Program-made: the position numbers and the translations under genes | The notes under the pieces: model-generated | Told to the model about the DNA's origin: nothing | What the model saw: only the letters and a program-made list of their open reading frames with translations | Database searches by the model: none | Shown: positions 40,400 through 50,656 of the stretch, one piece after another | Numbering within the stretch: position 1 is the first letter of the stretch | How the letters are laid out: each line of letters starts with the position of its first letter | Assembly (NCBI GenBank): GCA_913056195.1 | Contig: CAJXMF010000001.1 | Span: 36,270-100,269, forward strand | Direction: 5' to 3' | From: an uncultured Methylococcaceae bacterium | GTDB taxonomy: Bacteria; Pseudomonadota; Gammaproteobacteria; Methylococcales; Methylomonadaceae | DNA length: 64,000 bases

Positions 40400-41208
40400 T
40401 GTGCCGCCTCCGCTGCAGGAACCGGTAAGGTGAGTAAATCAGGCGCCATTTGTTTGCGCGCAATTCGCAACCCTTTGCTTACCGGACTGCGATATTGGCT
40501 ATCCAGAACCTGCCATTGCTTGGTTTCTTTATTCCAGAAACCGGTTTCACTGCCGTCGAGTCGTTGAAAATAGAGTGCGATCCGGCCTAAGCGTAAAAAA
40601 TCAACTGAACTGGTTTTACCGTTCAAGGTAAGGTCACCCCGATAGGCTTCAATGGTCCGGCCAAACTCATTTTCAATTTGATAGGCTTCCAGAATACGGC
40701 GGTATTTTTCTGCATTGCTGATATCGGCACGTTGCATCATCTGCTGCAAGCGCTCAATGCGTTGTTTGCGCTCTTCAGGCAGAAAGGGTAAATCTAATGC
40801 GACAAATTTCGCCAGATTATCGAGCATGTTTAAAATCAGCGGTACGATTTCCTGCTGGGTGGTATCGATATCGTGTAACTGTTGCTGCAAAGAGGCGAGA
40901 TCTTGTTGTTGCGACTGCAGCATATCCTGTAGATATTTATTGTACACTTTCAGGCTTTTAGTCTGATGGAGCGCAGCGCGGTATTGGTTTAACATGCTTT
41001 GCGTTTTGTCACTGATGCGGTCGATTTTATGTTGCGATTCAGCCGCAGCTTTCAGTGTTTGGGTTTCGACCTGGACGGCTTGTGACAAAGGGTTGGCGGA
41101 TAAGGCCGGCGCTATGAGCGATGTGAATATCAGCGCCAAATTAAAGCGACGTGTTGTGAAGAAGTCCATATCAAGATAGTCAGATTTAAGAAAAGTCAAG
41201 GCTAACAT
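40396..41208 (-). CDS. DUF3450 (TtpB-like) periplasmic coiled-coil protein
   Basis: First gene of the cluster. The probable true start is the ATG at 41169, giving the signal peptide MDFFTTRRFNLALIFTSLIAPALSA. Confidence 0.7.
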   Translation of the reverse strand: MLALTFLKSDYLDMDFFTTRRFNLALIFTSLIAPALSANPLSQAVQVETQTLKAAAESQHKIDRISDKTQSMLNQYRAALHQTKSLKVYNKYLQDMLQSQQQDLASLQQQLHDIDTTQQEIVPLILNMLDNLAKFVALDLPFLPEERKQRIERLQQMMQRADISNAEKYRRILEAYQIENEFGRTIEAYRGDLTLNGKTSSVDFLRLGRIALYFQRLDGSETGFWNKETKQWQVLDSQYRSPVSKGLRIARKQMAPDLLTLPVPAAEAAQ

Positions 41209-41365
41209 AAATCATAATTATGGTGCTACATTTTTTTGCTTTTAAAACAGCATAAATTGAATAAAACAGGTAAAATAGAGGGCTTTATTGGAGAGTTGGC
41301 TGGTCATCAACGCCAGTTAACGCCATTTCATTACTCCGTACCTTTGAATTTATCAACAAACAACC

Positions 41366-42436
41366 ATGTCCAGTCGATCCAATATTGATGATTTAAGAAT
41401 CATCAAAACGCAAGAAGTTGTGACGCCAACACAGGTCCATTCAGAATTACCCATCAGCGATCAAGCCGTGCAAACCGTGATGGATGCGCGCGCCGAAGCC
41501 CATAAAATATTAACTGGGGAAGATGACAGGCTACTGATTGTTGTCGGGCCATGTTCTATCCATGATCCAGACGCAGCGCTTGAATATGCTGAAAAACTCA
41601 AAACGCTGAAAACAGAATTAAAAGATGATTTACTGATCATCATGCGCGTATATTTTGAAAAGCCCCGCACCACCGTGGGTTGGAAAGGCTTGATCAATGA
41701 TCCTGATCTCAATAGCAGCTTCAATATCAATAAAGGCCTGAGAATGGCACGCAAGGTTCTGCTGGGAATTAATAATCTGGGTATGCCGGCGGCGACCGAA
41801 TATCTGGATTTGATTACCCCCCAATATGTTTCCGATCTGATTTCATGGGGGGCAATTGGCGCACGAACGACTGAAAGCCAGGTACATCGTGAATTGGCTT
41901 CGGGGCTGTCTTGCCCGGTCGGCTTTAAGAATGCAACCGACGGTTCATTTAAAATTGCCATCGATGCCATCAAGGCGGCGATGAGTCCGCACCATTTTTT
42001 GTCAGTCACGAAAGAAGGTCGTACCGCTATTTTTTCCACGAGTGGCAATGAGGATGCGCATATCATTTTGCGTGGTGGCAAAGATGCGCCAAACTATGAT
42101 GCAGTGAATGTGGACAAAGTAGCCAAAGGTATGGAGAAAGCCGGTTTAAGAGCCAATATTATGGTTGATTTCAGCCATGCCAACAGTTTAAAACAATTTC
42201 AACGACAAATGATTGTCGGTGAAGATGTCGGAGAACAGATTGCGAATGGTGATAAGCGGATCATGGGTATTATGGCGGAAAGCAATCTTAAATCCGGTCG
42301 TCAGGATTTGATTGACGGACAGCCTTTAACGTATGGCCAAAGTATTACCGATGGCTGCTTGGGTTGGGATGATTCGGAAACGCTGCTTAATACTATAGCG
42401 GAGAAGGTCCGAAAAAGACGTACGGTTGCGGCGTAA
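41366..42436 (+). CDS. aroG: 3-deoxy-7-phosphoheptulonate (DAHP) synthase, class I alpha (isozyme specificity not determinable)
   Basis: LLIVVGPCSIHD, RVYFEKPRTTVGWKGLINDP and GARTTESQVHRELASGLS; 356 aa. Confidence 0.9.
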   Translation: MSSRSNIDDLRIIKTQEVVTPTQVHSELPISDQAVQTVMDARAEAHKILTGEDDRLLIVVGPCSIHDPDAALEYAEKLKTLKTELKDDLLIIMRVYFEKPRTTVGWKGLINDPDLNSSFNINKGLRMARKVLLGINNLGMPAATEYLDLITPQYVSDLISWGAIGARTTESQVHRELASGLSCPVGFKNATDGSFKIAIDAIKAAMSPHHFLSVTKEGRTAIFSTSGNEDAHIILRGGKDAPNYDAVNVDKVAKGMEKAGLRANIMVDFSHANSLKQFQRQMIVGEDVGEQIANGDKRIMGIMAESNLKSGRQDLIDGQPLTYGQSITDGCLGWDDSETLLNTIAEKVRKRRTVAA

Positions 42437-42479
42437 ACAGGTACAGACGTGGATTTAAATGAGCAATGAGTAAATAAAA

Positions 42480-43457
42480 ATGAAAATAACTGTAAATGGT
42501 GAAATTAAATCGTATATTGAAAACGTCACCATCGCTAATATCATTTCTGAATTAGGCTTGCAAGGGAAACGAATTGCCGTTGAATTGAATAAGGAAATCG
42601 TACTTTATGATCAGTATGATGCACATCCATTAAATGATGGCGACAGGTTGGAAATTGTTCAAGCTATCGGTGGTGGACAGGATGATAGCTTCACGCTTGC
42701 GGGTAAGCAATATCGATCGCGGTTGCTGGTGGGTACCGGTAAATATAAAGATTTGCAAGAAACCCGCCTGGCAATTGAAGCCAGTGGTGCTGAAATCGTC
42801 ACCGTGGCCATTCGGCGTACCAATATTGGCCAGAACAAAGATGAACCGAATTTGCTGGATATCATTTCACCGGATAAATATACTATTCTGCCTAATACGG
42901 CCGGCTGTTTTACGGCAGAAGATGCGGTCAGAACCTGCCGCCTGGCGCGCGAATTATTAGGTGGCCACACACTGATCAAACTGGAAGTGCTGGCTGATCA
43001 GAAAACCTTGTTTCCCGATGTTGCAGAAACCTATGTCGCTGCGGAACAACTGGTTAAAGATGGTTTTGATGTGATGGTCTATACCAACGATGACCCGATT
43101 GCCGCCAAACGACTGGAAGAGATTGGTTGCGTGGCGGTGATGCCACTGGCGGCGCCAATTGGATCAGGGCTGGGCATTCGAAACCCTTACAATATTATGA
43201 CTATCGTCGAGAATGCGCATGTGCCCATTCTGGTGGATGCAGGTGTCGGAACGGCATCGGATGCCGCAATTGCGATGGAATTGGGTTGTGATGGCGTGCT
43301 GATGAATACCGCCATTGCAGCGGCGCAAAATCCGCTGCTGATGGCGTCGGCGATGAAAAAAGGCATTGAAGCCGGGCGTGAAGCCTTTTTAGCCGGCCGC
43401 ATGCCACGTAAACGTTTTGCCTCCGCCTCTTCTCCGATTGACGGTTTATTTTTATAA
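42480..43457 (+). CDS. thiG: Fused sulfur-carrier ThiS / thiazole synthase ThiG
   Basis: Residues 1-66 are ThiS-like and end in IGGG. They run without a stop into ThiG ([37 protein letters not shown]). Confidence 0.85.
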   Translation: MKITVNGEIKSYIENVTIANIISELGLQGKRIAVELNKEIVLYDQYDAHPLNDGDRLEIVQAIGGGQDDSFTLAGKQYRSRLLVGTGKYKDLQETRLAIEASGAEIVTVAIRRTNIGQNKDEPNLLDIISPDKYTILPNTAGCFTAEDAVRTCRLARELLGGHTLIKLEVLADQKTLFPDVAETYVAAEQLVKDGFDVMVYTNDDPIAAKRLEEIGCVAVMPLAAPIGSGLGIRNPYNIMTIVENAHVPILVDAGVGTASDAAIAMELGCDGVLMNTAIAAAQNPLLMASAMKKGIEAGREAFLAGRMPRKRFASASSPIDGLFL

Positions 43458-44150
43458 GTGATGTCGGATAAAAAACCGATTGAACAGTGGCGCATCCGCA
43501 GTTTTATCCGTCGACAAGGGCGGGTGACGGCCGGGCAAAAAATGGCGCTGGAACAGTATTGGGATGATTATTGTCTGGATCCAGAGCAGCCGTTAAATCT
43601 GCAAACGACTTTTGCGGACACGGCACCGATTATTGTTGAAATTGGTTTCGGTAATGGCGAAAGCTTGGCGCAAATGGCTGAAAACAATCCTCAAAATAAC
43701 TATTTGGGCATAGAGGTTCATCGTCCTGGCGTCGGCCATTTGCTGCGTTTACTGGCCGAGCGACATATCGACAACCTGCGTGTTTTCCACCATGATGCGA
43801 TTGAAATTCTACAACAAAAAATACCCGATAACGCCTTGGCCGGTGTGCATCTTTTTTTTCCTGACCCCTGGCATAAGCGTCGGCATCATAAACGCCGTAT
43901 CGTTCGACCTTCCTTTGTTGAATTATTAGAAAAAAAATTACAGACCGGTGGCTATTTTCATGCGGCGACCGATTGGGAACATTACGCTCAAGAGATGTTG
44001 AAAACCTTATCGGCCAGTACCAGGCTGAAAAATTTAGCGGATGATGGTGGCTTTTGTCCGCGTCCGGATTACCGGCCACTAACTAAATTTGAAAAACGGG
44101 GTTTACGTTTGGGACATGGGGTTTGGGATTTGATTTTTAGCCGTCGTTAG
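43458..44150 (+). CDS. trmB: tRNA (guanine46-N7)-methyltransferase
   Basis: EIGFGNGESL, FFPDPWHKRRHHKRR and TDWEHYA. The ATG at 43461 is equally possible as the start. Confidence 0.9.
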   Translation: MMSDKKPIEQWRIRSFIRRQGRVTAGQKMALEQYWDDYCLDPEQPLNLQTTFADTAPIIVEIGFGNGESLAQMAENNPQNNYLGIEVHRPGVGHLLRLLAERHIDNLRVFHHDAIEILQQKIPDNALAGVHLFFPDPWHKRRHHKRRIVRPSFVELLEKKLQTGGYFHAATDWEHYAQEMLKTLSASTRLKNLADDGGFCPRPDYRPLTKFEKRGLRLGHGVWDLIFSRR

Positions 44151-44260
44151 TTCGGCTGATCCCTTTTACAGAAATGAGATTATGTTGGTTTTTACGCTGC
44201 TCTGCATCCATGCAATCGTAGCCATCCTGCCAATACAACATATTTAATCCATTACCTTTC

Positions 44261-46222
44261 TTAATGCAAGTCGAATTCTTTTTCCGGCTGTGTATCAGGC
44301 AGGTCATTGATATGCATACTTTTCATGATAGTGACAAGTTCCTGGCGCTGGTTTTTTAATTGCTCTAACTCTTGCTTGAGCTGGTTGATGTTTTCCTCTA
44401 CATTGCCTTTCGACTCGGTAATTCTCCGCAACATTTGTAAACGGTTTTCAATTTGTTTCTTATGATCTTTGATCTGGTGCATCAAAGGTGTCAAAACACT
44501 GTTGCTCCAGCTTGCGGCATCTTTTTGTGCCTGTTGCATGATTTTGCGTGCTTTGGCAATCAGTGTGCTATAGAGTTTATTGACAACAATACTTTGCTCG
44601 GTCAAGGTCGTTTTCGTACTATTGCGAAATGCTTCACCTTCCTCAAAAATCTGCTCTAGTTCAAATTGATATTGTTTGATGGAAAACAGTTGCGGCTCTA
44701 TTTCCTTAAAGCCGTATTCATCCTGGAATTTCTTATGAATTGCCCGAACCAGGCGACGCGTTTCATTGGTGATATCGACAGAGTCTTGTAACAAATCGCG
44801 TAAGTCATCAAATAATTTACGCATACTTTGTTTCATACCGTAAGTGGTCAGGCTTTTTTTCATCTCCTGTCGAGATAACCGGATGATCTCATCAATTTTA
44901 TCTTTGGAGAATGATTCCACCAACATTTTAGCCTGGACGCTAAATACCTTGCGGCTGGCCTGGAAATTCTCTACGTTGGTCATGTATGCATTTTGTTGAT
45001 CCCGTGTTTCGGCCATCAATTTAGCCGTCATTTCATGGTTTTCAAAATCCATTTTCTGGAATTCTTCCAGCTGTTTGCTTGCATTTTCGAATTTGGTGTT
45101 GCATAGGTTTAACGATTCATTAACCAAAAATCCAATTTTATTACTAATCGTTTGCAATAAGATATCGCGCCGTTGCATCAGGATGTCATCGGATAAATAA
45201 TGCTCCAGCTTGTCCAATCGGCTTTTATGCAGCAATTCAGGGTCGGATTTTATTTTGGCGAGTAAGGCTTGCTTAGCGGAGACCGGAAAGATGACATCCT
45301 CGTTTAAACCTAAAATACTGGCCGATACTTCGATTTGTTTATCGATAGCGTCTTCGTAGCCTTCTTCTCCGGCCAGATCATCCCACATGGCATCAATTTT
45401 GTTCATGACGACAGCAAGGCCTTGTTTGCTGTGTCCGCGAGAATTACAAACATGATTTTTCCACATTTCAAGGTCACTTTTCGTGACACCTGTATCAGCG
45501 GCCAGCACAAAAATGATGGCTTGTGCATTTGGCAACATGCTCAATGTGAGTTCAGGCTCTGTGCCAAGCGCATTCAGGCCCGGAGTATCCAAAATACAGA
45601 GGCCTTGTTTTAACAAGGGATGTGGGAAACTGATCAGCGCATGACGCCAACATGGAATTTCAACCGTTTCAGGGTCGATAATTCCTTGCTCGGCGGCTTC
45701 TCGTTCATTCCATAATCCCAATTTTTCAGCGACTTCCCGCATCACCTTTTTAGTGGCGACCAGTTCTTGAAAGGCCTTTTGCATTTGTGTGGGCGAGTCA
45801 CAATCCAAGTCGATTTGCGTCCAACGCTCGGGGTTGTTTTTAAATTCGATTAGAGACACATCTTCGAGCCGGCTTTCGATGTTTAAGAGACGAATATAGC
45901 TGCCGCCTTCTTCATCCCAAAACATCTCGGTGGGTGACATCGTGGTACGGCCCGGCGAAGACGGGAGCAAACGAACGCCGGTTTCAGCAAAAAACAATGC
46001 ATTAATCAGTTCGGTTTTACCGCGGGAAAATTCTGCGGCAAAAGCCAATGTGATCTTGTCATGTTGCAGGCCACTCAATATATTGAGTAGGGTTTCAGTA
46101 CTATGAGGGTCATTCAGTTTGTAACGAATACGCCATTCGACGTACATTTCTATCGCTTGAACAAGCTGTTCACGCCAATGGGAATATTCGCGTAACTGAT
46201 CTGTAAATTCCGGATTACTCAT
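44261..46222 (-). CDS. Dynamin-family (bacterial dynamin-like) GTPase
   Basis: G1 AEFSRGKTELINALF, G3 ILDTPGLNA and G4 VMNKID, followed by a ~350-aa helical stalk-like region. Confidence 0.75.
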   Translation of the reverse strand: MSNPEFTDQLREYSHWREQLVQAIEMYVEWRIRYKLNDPHSTETLLNILSGLQHDKITLAFAAEFSRGKTELINALFFAETGVRLLPSSPGRTTMSPTEMFWDEEGGSYIRLLNIESRLEDVSLIEFKNNPERWTQIDLDCDSPTQMQKAFQELVATKKVMREVAEKLGLWNEREAAEQGIIDPETVEIPCWRHALISFPHPLLKQGLCILDTPGLNALGTEPELTLSMLPNAQAIIFVLAADTGVTKSDLEMWKNHVCNSRGHSKQGLAVVMNKIDAMWDDLAGEEGYEDAIDKQIEVSASILGLNEDVIFPVSAKQALLAKIKSDPELLHKSRLDKLEHYLSDDILMQRRDILLQTISNKIGFLVNESLNLCNTKFENASKQLEEFQKMDFENHEMTAKLMAETRDQQNAYMTNVENFQASRKVFSVQAKMLVESFSKDKIDEIIRLSRQEMKKSLTTYGMKQSMRKLFDDLRDLLQDSVDITNETRRLVRAIHKKFQDEYGFKEIEPQLFSIKQYQFELEQIFEEGEAFRNSTKTTLTEQSIVVNKLYSTLIAKARKIMQQAQKDAASWSNSVLTPLMHQIKDHKKQIENRLQMLRRITESKGNVEENINQLKQELEQLKNQRQELVTIMKSMHINDLPDTQPEKEFDLH

Positions 46223-46326
46223 AGCAAGCCTTTTCCAAATGGACCTTATTTAATGTAATGAGGTGGGTTTTACCCGATTGTCAATAAGTGTAGCCTAAAT
46301 CATCAATTTTTTTGCATTGTGTGGTT

Positions 46327-46965
46327 TTAGACGCCAAATTTTTCCTGATATTGCCTTATTGCCGGTAAATGTGCCTGAAAATTGGGAGATAGTTCAAGAA
46401 ATTTTACAATATCAGAAAATGAAATAATGCTGATAACCGGCATGGAAAATTGTTCTTCGACTTCCTGGATAGCCGATTTTTCGTTTGTACCTTTTTCCTG
46501 GCGATCCAGCGCAATCAAAACGCCAGCAGGTTTGGCGCCGGCTTGTTGTATAATTTCGACCGATTCACGTACCGAGGTTCCGGCGGTAATGACATCATCA
46601 ATAATTAAAGCATTGCCAACGAGCGGTGAACCGACAAGGTTTCCGCCTTCGCCATGATCTTTGGCTTCCTTGCGATTGAACACAAATGGAATATCGCGCT
46701 TTTGTCTGGCATAGGCGATAGAGACCGTACTGACCAAGGGAATACCTTTATACGCCGGCCCATATAATATATCGATAGCCATGTTGGATTCGATCAAGGC
46801 CTGCGTATAAAAATAACCCAGTCGATCTAATTTCGAACCGGTATTGAATAGCCCGGTATTAAAAAAATACGGGCTCATTCGTCCTGATTTCAGTTGAAAT
46901 TGGCCAAATTTCAGAACCTCACAGTCTAAAGCATATTGAATGAATTCTTTTTTGTATGATTGCAT
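46327..46965 (-). CDS. pyrE: Orotate phosphoribosyltransferase
   Basis: FGQFQLKSGRMSPYFFN and the PRPP loop LIIDDVITAGTS; 212 aa. Confidence 0.95.
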   Translation of the reverse strand: MQSYKKEFIQYALDCEVLKFGQFQLKSGRMSPYFFNTGLFNTGSKLDRLGYFYTQALIESNMAIDILYGPAYKGIPLVSTVSIAYARQKRDIPFVFNRKEAKDHGEGGNLVGSPLVGNALIIDDVITAGTSVRESVEIIQQAGAKPAGVLIALDRQEKGTNEKSAIQEVEEQFSMPVISIISFSDIVKFLELSPNFQAHLPAIRQYQEKFGV

Positions 46966-47315
46966 GAAAATTCGTTGAAAAAGCGGTTATTCTAACCCGA
47001 AATACTGTCATCGCGCAGACCCCAGGCAATGGCAATAATCGCATTGATGCCAACAAGTGTTTTTTCTTGAAGTGTATGCGCCGCACTTGACTACTATTTT
47101 AGTTTGTTTCTGACTATACTGATAGGCATTGTAAATCGTTGGAAAGGCATATTTTATACGCGCCACACATGAATGCGTCATTCTCACCGCCCTTTTTTGC
47201 CGATGGCATGACATTGTTCATATATGAAGCGTATAAATAGCGATAAACCACAATCAGAACACGCTTGTGTGAGTTCTGGGATTTCATTCAGTGTTTGACT
47301 GAAAAAAGGAATACT

Positions 47316-47894
47316 ATGAAAGAAATATGTTTTGTTTTAGCCGCATGCTTTGCGGTAAGTGCGAATGCCGAAATATATAAATGTACCGATGATACGGGGA
47401 ATACCTCGTATCAAGCCAAGCCCTGTCGAGATAAAAGTCAGGCTTATGCGCTTGATACGAGAACCGGCTCTCATATTACTATCAAGGTTAAGGAAGATCA
47501 GAAGTTGCAGCAGGAATTAAAACGGCAGCAATTGGAATTGGAAAAACAAAAAAAACGGCAACTGGAACAACAGTGGGCGTCGGCCGCTAAAGTCGAACAG
47601 GAAAAGACCCGGACTTTGATTCAAAACAATCCGAAGGAATTTTCCATTTATGCGATTCCGCCTTATCAACTGAATCAATTACCACCCGTTGCTCAACAAT
47701 TTAAGCCACGTTTACCTGACATTGAAAAACTGAGAAGACTGGCAGCGCAAAAAGCCTTGGTGAGTGGACAATGCACACGGGTGGAATCGGATCAACTGAG
47801 CCCGCGCAGCAAACAAGCTAAACTGATTGTGCTTGTCGATTGCAGCAGCGGCAAGAGTTTTTATTTTAGCGAAACCGAATTACTGAAAAAATAA
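47316..47894 (+). CDS. DUF4124-domain exported protein
   Basis: ATG after an AAGGA RBS. Signal peptide, then IYKCTDDTGNTSYQAKPC (the DUF4124 signature) and a Q/K/E-rich coiled coil. Confidence 0.65.
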   Translation: MKEICFVLAACFAVSANAEIYKCTDDTGNTSYQAKPCRDKSQAYALDTRTGSHITIKVKEDQKLQQELKRQQLELEKQKKRQLEQQWASAAKVEQEKTRTLIQNNPKEFSIYAIPPYQLNQLPPVAQQFKPRLPDIEKLRRLAAQKALVSGQCTRVESDQLSPRSKQAKLIVLVDCSSGKSFYFSETELLKK

Positions 47895-48721
47895 TGACAT
47901 CTCAAACCATTTTGATTACAGGTTGTTCCAGCGGGATCGGTTATGCAACGGCGTTGGAATTGAAAAAACGCGGTCATCGGGTTATTTGTTCTGCGCGTAA
48001 AGCAGACGATGTTGAGCGTCTGAACAAGGAAGGTTTTGAAGCCATAAAACTGGATTTAGCCTGCTCTGACAGTATTCAGCAAGCCGTTACAGCCTTGCTG
48101 AAGATGACAAACGATAAAATAGATGTTGTGTTTCATAATGGCGCTTATGGTCAGCCGGGTGCGGTTGAGGATTTGACGCGAGATGTTTTGAAGGCGCAGT
48201 TTGAAACCAATTTTTTTGGCACACATGAGCTGACCAGTCTGTTGATTCCCGTTATGCGTCAACAAGGTCACGGGCGCATTATATACAACAGCTCGGTTCT
48301 AGGCTTTGTGCCGATGCGTTTTCGCGGTGCTTACAATGCCAGCAAGTTTGCATTGGAAGGCTTGGCGTCAACCTTACGCCTGGAGCTGCATGGTAGCGGT
48401 ATTCATGTTGTGCTTATCGAGCCGGGACCTATTGAAAGCAAATTTCGGCAAAATGCTTATCACATGTTCAAACGCAATATTGATGCTGAAACCAGCGTCC
48501 ATAAGTCTGTTTATCAGGCCATTGAACAGCGTTTGCAACAACAAGGTCCTGTCGTTCCATTTACGCTGCCGGCAACGGCTGTTGCGACTAAAGTGATTCA
48601 CGCGGTCGAATCCAAACGGCCTAAGCTGCATTACTATGTAACCTTCCCCACCTATTTATTCGGTTTTTTAAAACGTATTCTGCCGGCTGCATGGTTGGAT
48701 CCCATTCTCAGGTCGGTATAG
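47894..48721 (+). CDS. SDR-family NAD(P)-dependent oxidoreductase
   Basis: TGCSSGIG, NGA and YNASK catalytic motifs; 275 aa. Confidence 0.85.
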   Translation: MTSQTILITGCSSGIGYATALELKKRGHRVICSARKADDVERLNKEGFEAIKLDLACSDSIQQAVTALLKMTNDKIDVVFHNGAYGQPGAVEDLTRDVLKAQFETNFFGTHELTSLLIPVMRQQGHGRIIYNSSVLGFVPMRFRGAYNASKFALEGLASTLRLELHGSGIHVVLIEPGPIESKFRQNAYHMFKRNIDAETSVHKSVYQAIEQRLQQQGPVVPFTLPATAVATKVIHAVESKRPKLHYYVTFPTYLFGFLKRILPAAWLDPILRSV

Positions 48722-48836
48722 TGCGTGTGCTGGTAATCCTAAAAAATTATGATAGAATCGCCCAAGGCATTTGATTCATTGGCTATCTTAAATGTCTTAA
48801 GTGCTAAATTAAAAAAACAATGACGAGGTTTTACAT

Positions 48837-49220
48837 ATGAAAATTTTGAAAAGTGCAGTTGTTGCATTTTCTTTAGCTTTAACTTTGGGCTCTTTCTCAA
48901 CATCGGCCGTTGCCTGTGAAACCGGACGTATTTGCTATACCCCGGAACAAGCCATTGATTTGGTTCTACAGGATATCAAATCGGCGATGGATGCTATTGA
49001 TTCAGGTTCTGAAGGTGAAGTTGTGGCTGCTGTAATCAAATCGGCCAGCGACGCCAGTAAAGAAATCAACGCGAATGATGTTGTTGACAGAAATCGTCAA
49101 CGTGCCAATGGTATCTTGAAAAAAGCACGTAAAGAAGCCAAAAGAGAGCAATTACAAGTTGCAGAAGAGCATTTAAAACAAGCCAAGAAAAGATTCGAAG
49201 CTTTAAAAGGCATGCTCTAA
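48837..49220 (+). CDS. Hypothetical small exported helical protein
   Basis: 127 aa with a signal peptide ending SAVA and a Cys pair CETGRIC, then a charged helical region. No family recognised. Confidence 0.45.
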   Translation: MKILKSAVVAFSLALTLGSFSTSAVACETGRICYTPEQAIDLVLQDIKSAMDAIDSGSEGEVVAAVIKSASDASKEINANDVVDRNRQRANGILKKARKEAKREQLQVAEEHLKQAKKRFEALKGML

Positions 49221-49248
49221 ACCGTCCTACGGTCAAGTCGATGGGGTT

Positions 49249-49758
49249 TTACGCCCCATCGTGTTTATGTTCTTTATCCGCGTACAATTCAGAACTCCCA
49301 TCCAAATCATCCGTTTCGCTATAAAGCAATACCGGCCCTGGGTTTAATAACCCTGCATCAACAACCCTGCAAACAGCCAGTTTATGATCGCCTGCATCAC
49401 AAAAATGGCTGATGCGACAATCAAAATAGCCCACACTTTCGGATAAAACCAGCGCACCCGTTTGCGCTTTTTGCCAGGAGAATCCAGCCATTTTATTTTT
49501 AAGACCTGTGGTGCCGAAGTGTTCGGCGAGCGGGTAGTGCTGTTTGCCGAGGACATTGACAGTACAGATTTTCCCTTTTTGCAGAATATCCCAGGAATAA
49601 TGCTCCGGGTTTATGCTGATGCATAATAAAACCGGGTCAAAAGACACTTGCATGACCCAAGCGGCGGTAAATGCATTTTCTCGTGTGTCATCTTTAACGC
49701 CAATAACATAAACACCATGACTGATGTTTTTTACCAGTTGATCAATTTTTTTATGCAT
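49249..49758 (-). CDS. Flavin reductase-like FMN-binding protein
   Basis: GVYVIGV...NAFTAAWVMQVSFDPVLLCISI is the flavin-reductase-domain pattern. The start is taken at ATG 49758, overlapping the nadC stop. Confidence 0.7.
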   Translation of the reverse strand: MHKKIDQLVKNISHGVYVIGVKDDTRENAFTAAWVMQVSFDPVLLCISINPEHYSWDILQKGKICTVNVLGKQHYPLAEHFGTTGLKNKMAGFSWQKAQTGALVLSESVGYFDCRISHFCDAGDHKLAVCRVVDAGLLNPGPVLLYSETDDLDGSSELYADKEHKHDGA

Positions 49759-50587
49759 GGTTGTCCATCCTGATTCGCATTGAAAGGTCAATGGCGCCGA
49801 TATTTTTAGTCAGTGCGCCGATAGAAATAAAATCAACGCCGGTTTGTGCAATCTGCCCGATGTTTGACAAGGTAATATTCCCCGATGCTTCCAGTTCAAC
49901 CTTCCCCATATTTCGTTGTACCGCAGTATTTAAATCATCAAGAGAGAAGTTATCGAGCATGATTCTTTCAGGTTGTGCCTGTAATGCCTGATCAAATTCA
50001 TCCAGGTTTTCAACTTCAATTTCCACTGGAACATCAGCAATGTGTCGGGCTTTTTGAATAGCCTGAGCAATAGAACCGGCCGCCAGAATATGATTTTCCT
50101 TAATCAAAATCGCATCAAACAAGCCTATGCGATGATTTAAGCTCCCACCACAACTGACGGCGTATTTTTGTGCCATTCTCAAGCCAGGAATGGTTTTACG
50201 GGTATCAAGGATTTTACAATCGGTATGGGCAACCGCATCAGCATAGCGTTTTGATTCTGTTGCCGTGGCCGACAGCGTCTGCAATATGTTCAGCGCCGTA
50301 CGTTCCCCAGTCAATAACGCTCGGGCCGATCCTTTTAAGGTGCATAACAGGGTGTCGGCAGGGACGAATGCGGCCTCCTGAATGTGCCAATCAATCTGTA
50401 TATTTGGGTTTAAGTGATGAAATACGGCGTCAAACCAGGCTTGCCCACATAGCACAGCAGGCTGCCGGCAAATAACCTGTGCTTCGGCAATCTGCTCGGA
50501 GGGGATGATTTGAGCGGTTAAATCACCATCGCCAACATCTTCATCCAGATAACGACTGATTTCTTCAGGAGTCGGTTGTATATTCAT
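49751..50587 (-). CDS. nadC: Nicotinate-nucleotide diphosphorylase (carboxylating)
   Basis: LTGERTALNILQ, ILDTRKT.PG.R, GGG.NHR and MLDNF. Confidence 0.93.
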   Translation of the reverse strand: MNIQPTPEEISRYLDEDVGDGDLTAQIIPSEQIAEAQVICRQPAVLCGQAWFDAVFHHLNPNIQIDWHIQEAAFVPADTLLCTLKGSARALLTGERTALNILQTLSATATESKRYADAVAHTDCKILDTRKTIPGLRMAQKYAVSCGGSLNHRIGLFDAILIKENHILAAGSIAQAIQKARHIADVPVEIEVENLDEFDQALQAQPERIMLDNFSLDDLNTAVQRNMGKVELEASGNITLSNIGQIAQTGVDFISIGALTKNIGAIDLSMRIRMDNHA

Positions 50588-50656
50588 GAAAAACTGAAAT
50601 GGAATTAAGACTGCATTATTATAACCTGCTATCGATCAAATACCGGATTTAGCTGC

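Noticed and set aside
41204-41222. Fur-box-like sequence upstream of the TonB2-type cluster (minus strand CATAATTATGATTTATGTT)
   Set aside because: By my alignment only about 11 of 19 positions match the GATAATGATAATCATTATC consensus. It would also lie inside the ORF if the upstream ATG is the real start. Too weak to call without a position-weight-matrix scan.
41461-42081. 206-aa minus-strand ORF
   Set aside because: It is antisense to the DAHP synthase gene, is low-complexity and Ser/Ala-rich, and has no motifs.
46966-47315. 350-nt gap between pyrE and the DUF4124 gene, including a 68-aa minus-strand ORF (47008-47214) and a T run after CACCGCCC
   Set aside because: There is no stable stem before the T run. 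The ORF lacks an RBS and any family resemblance. I could not find structure supporting an RNA gene.
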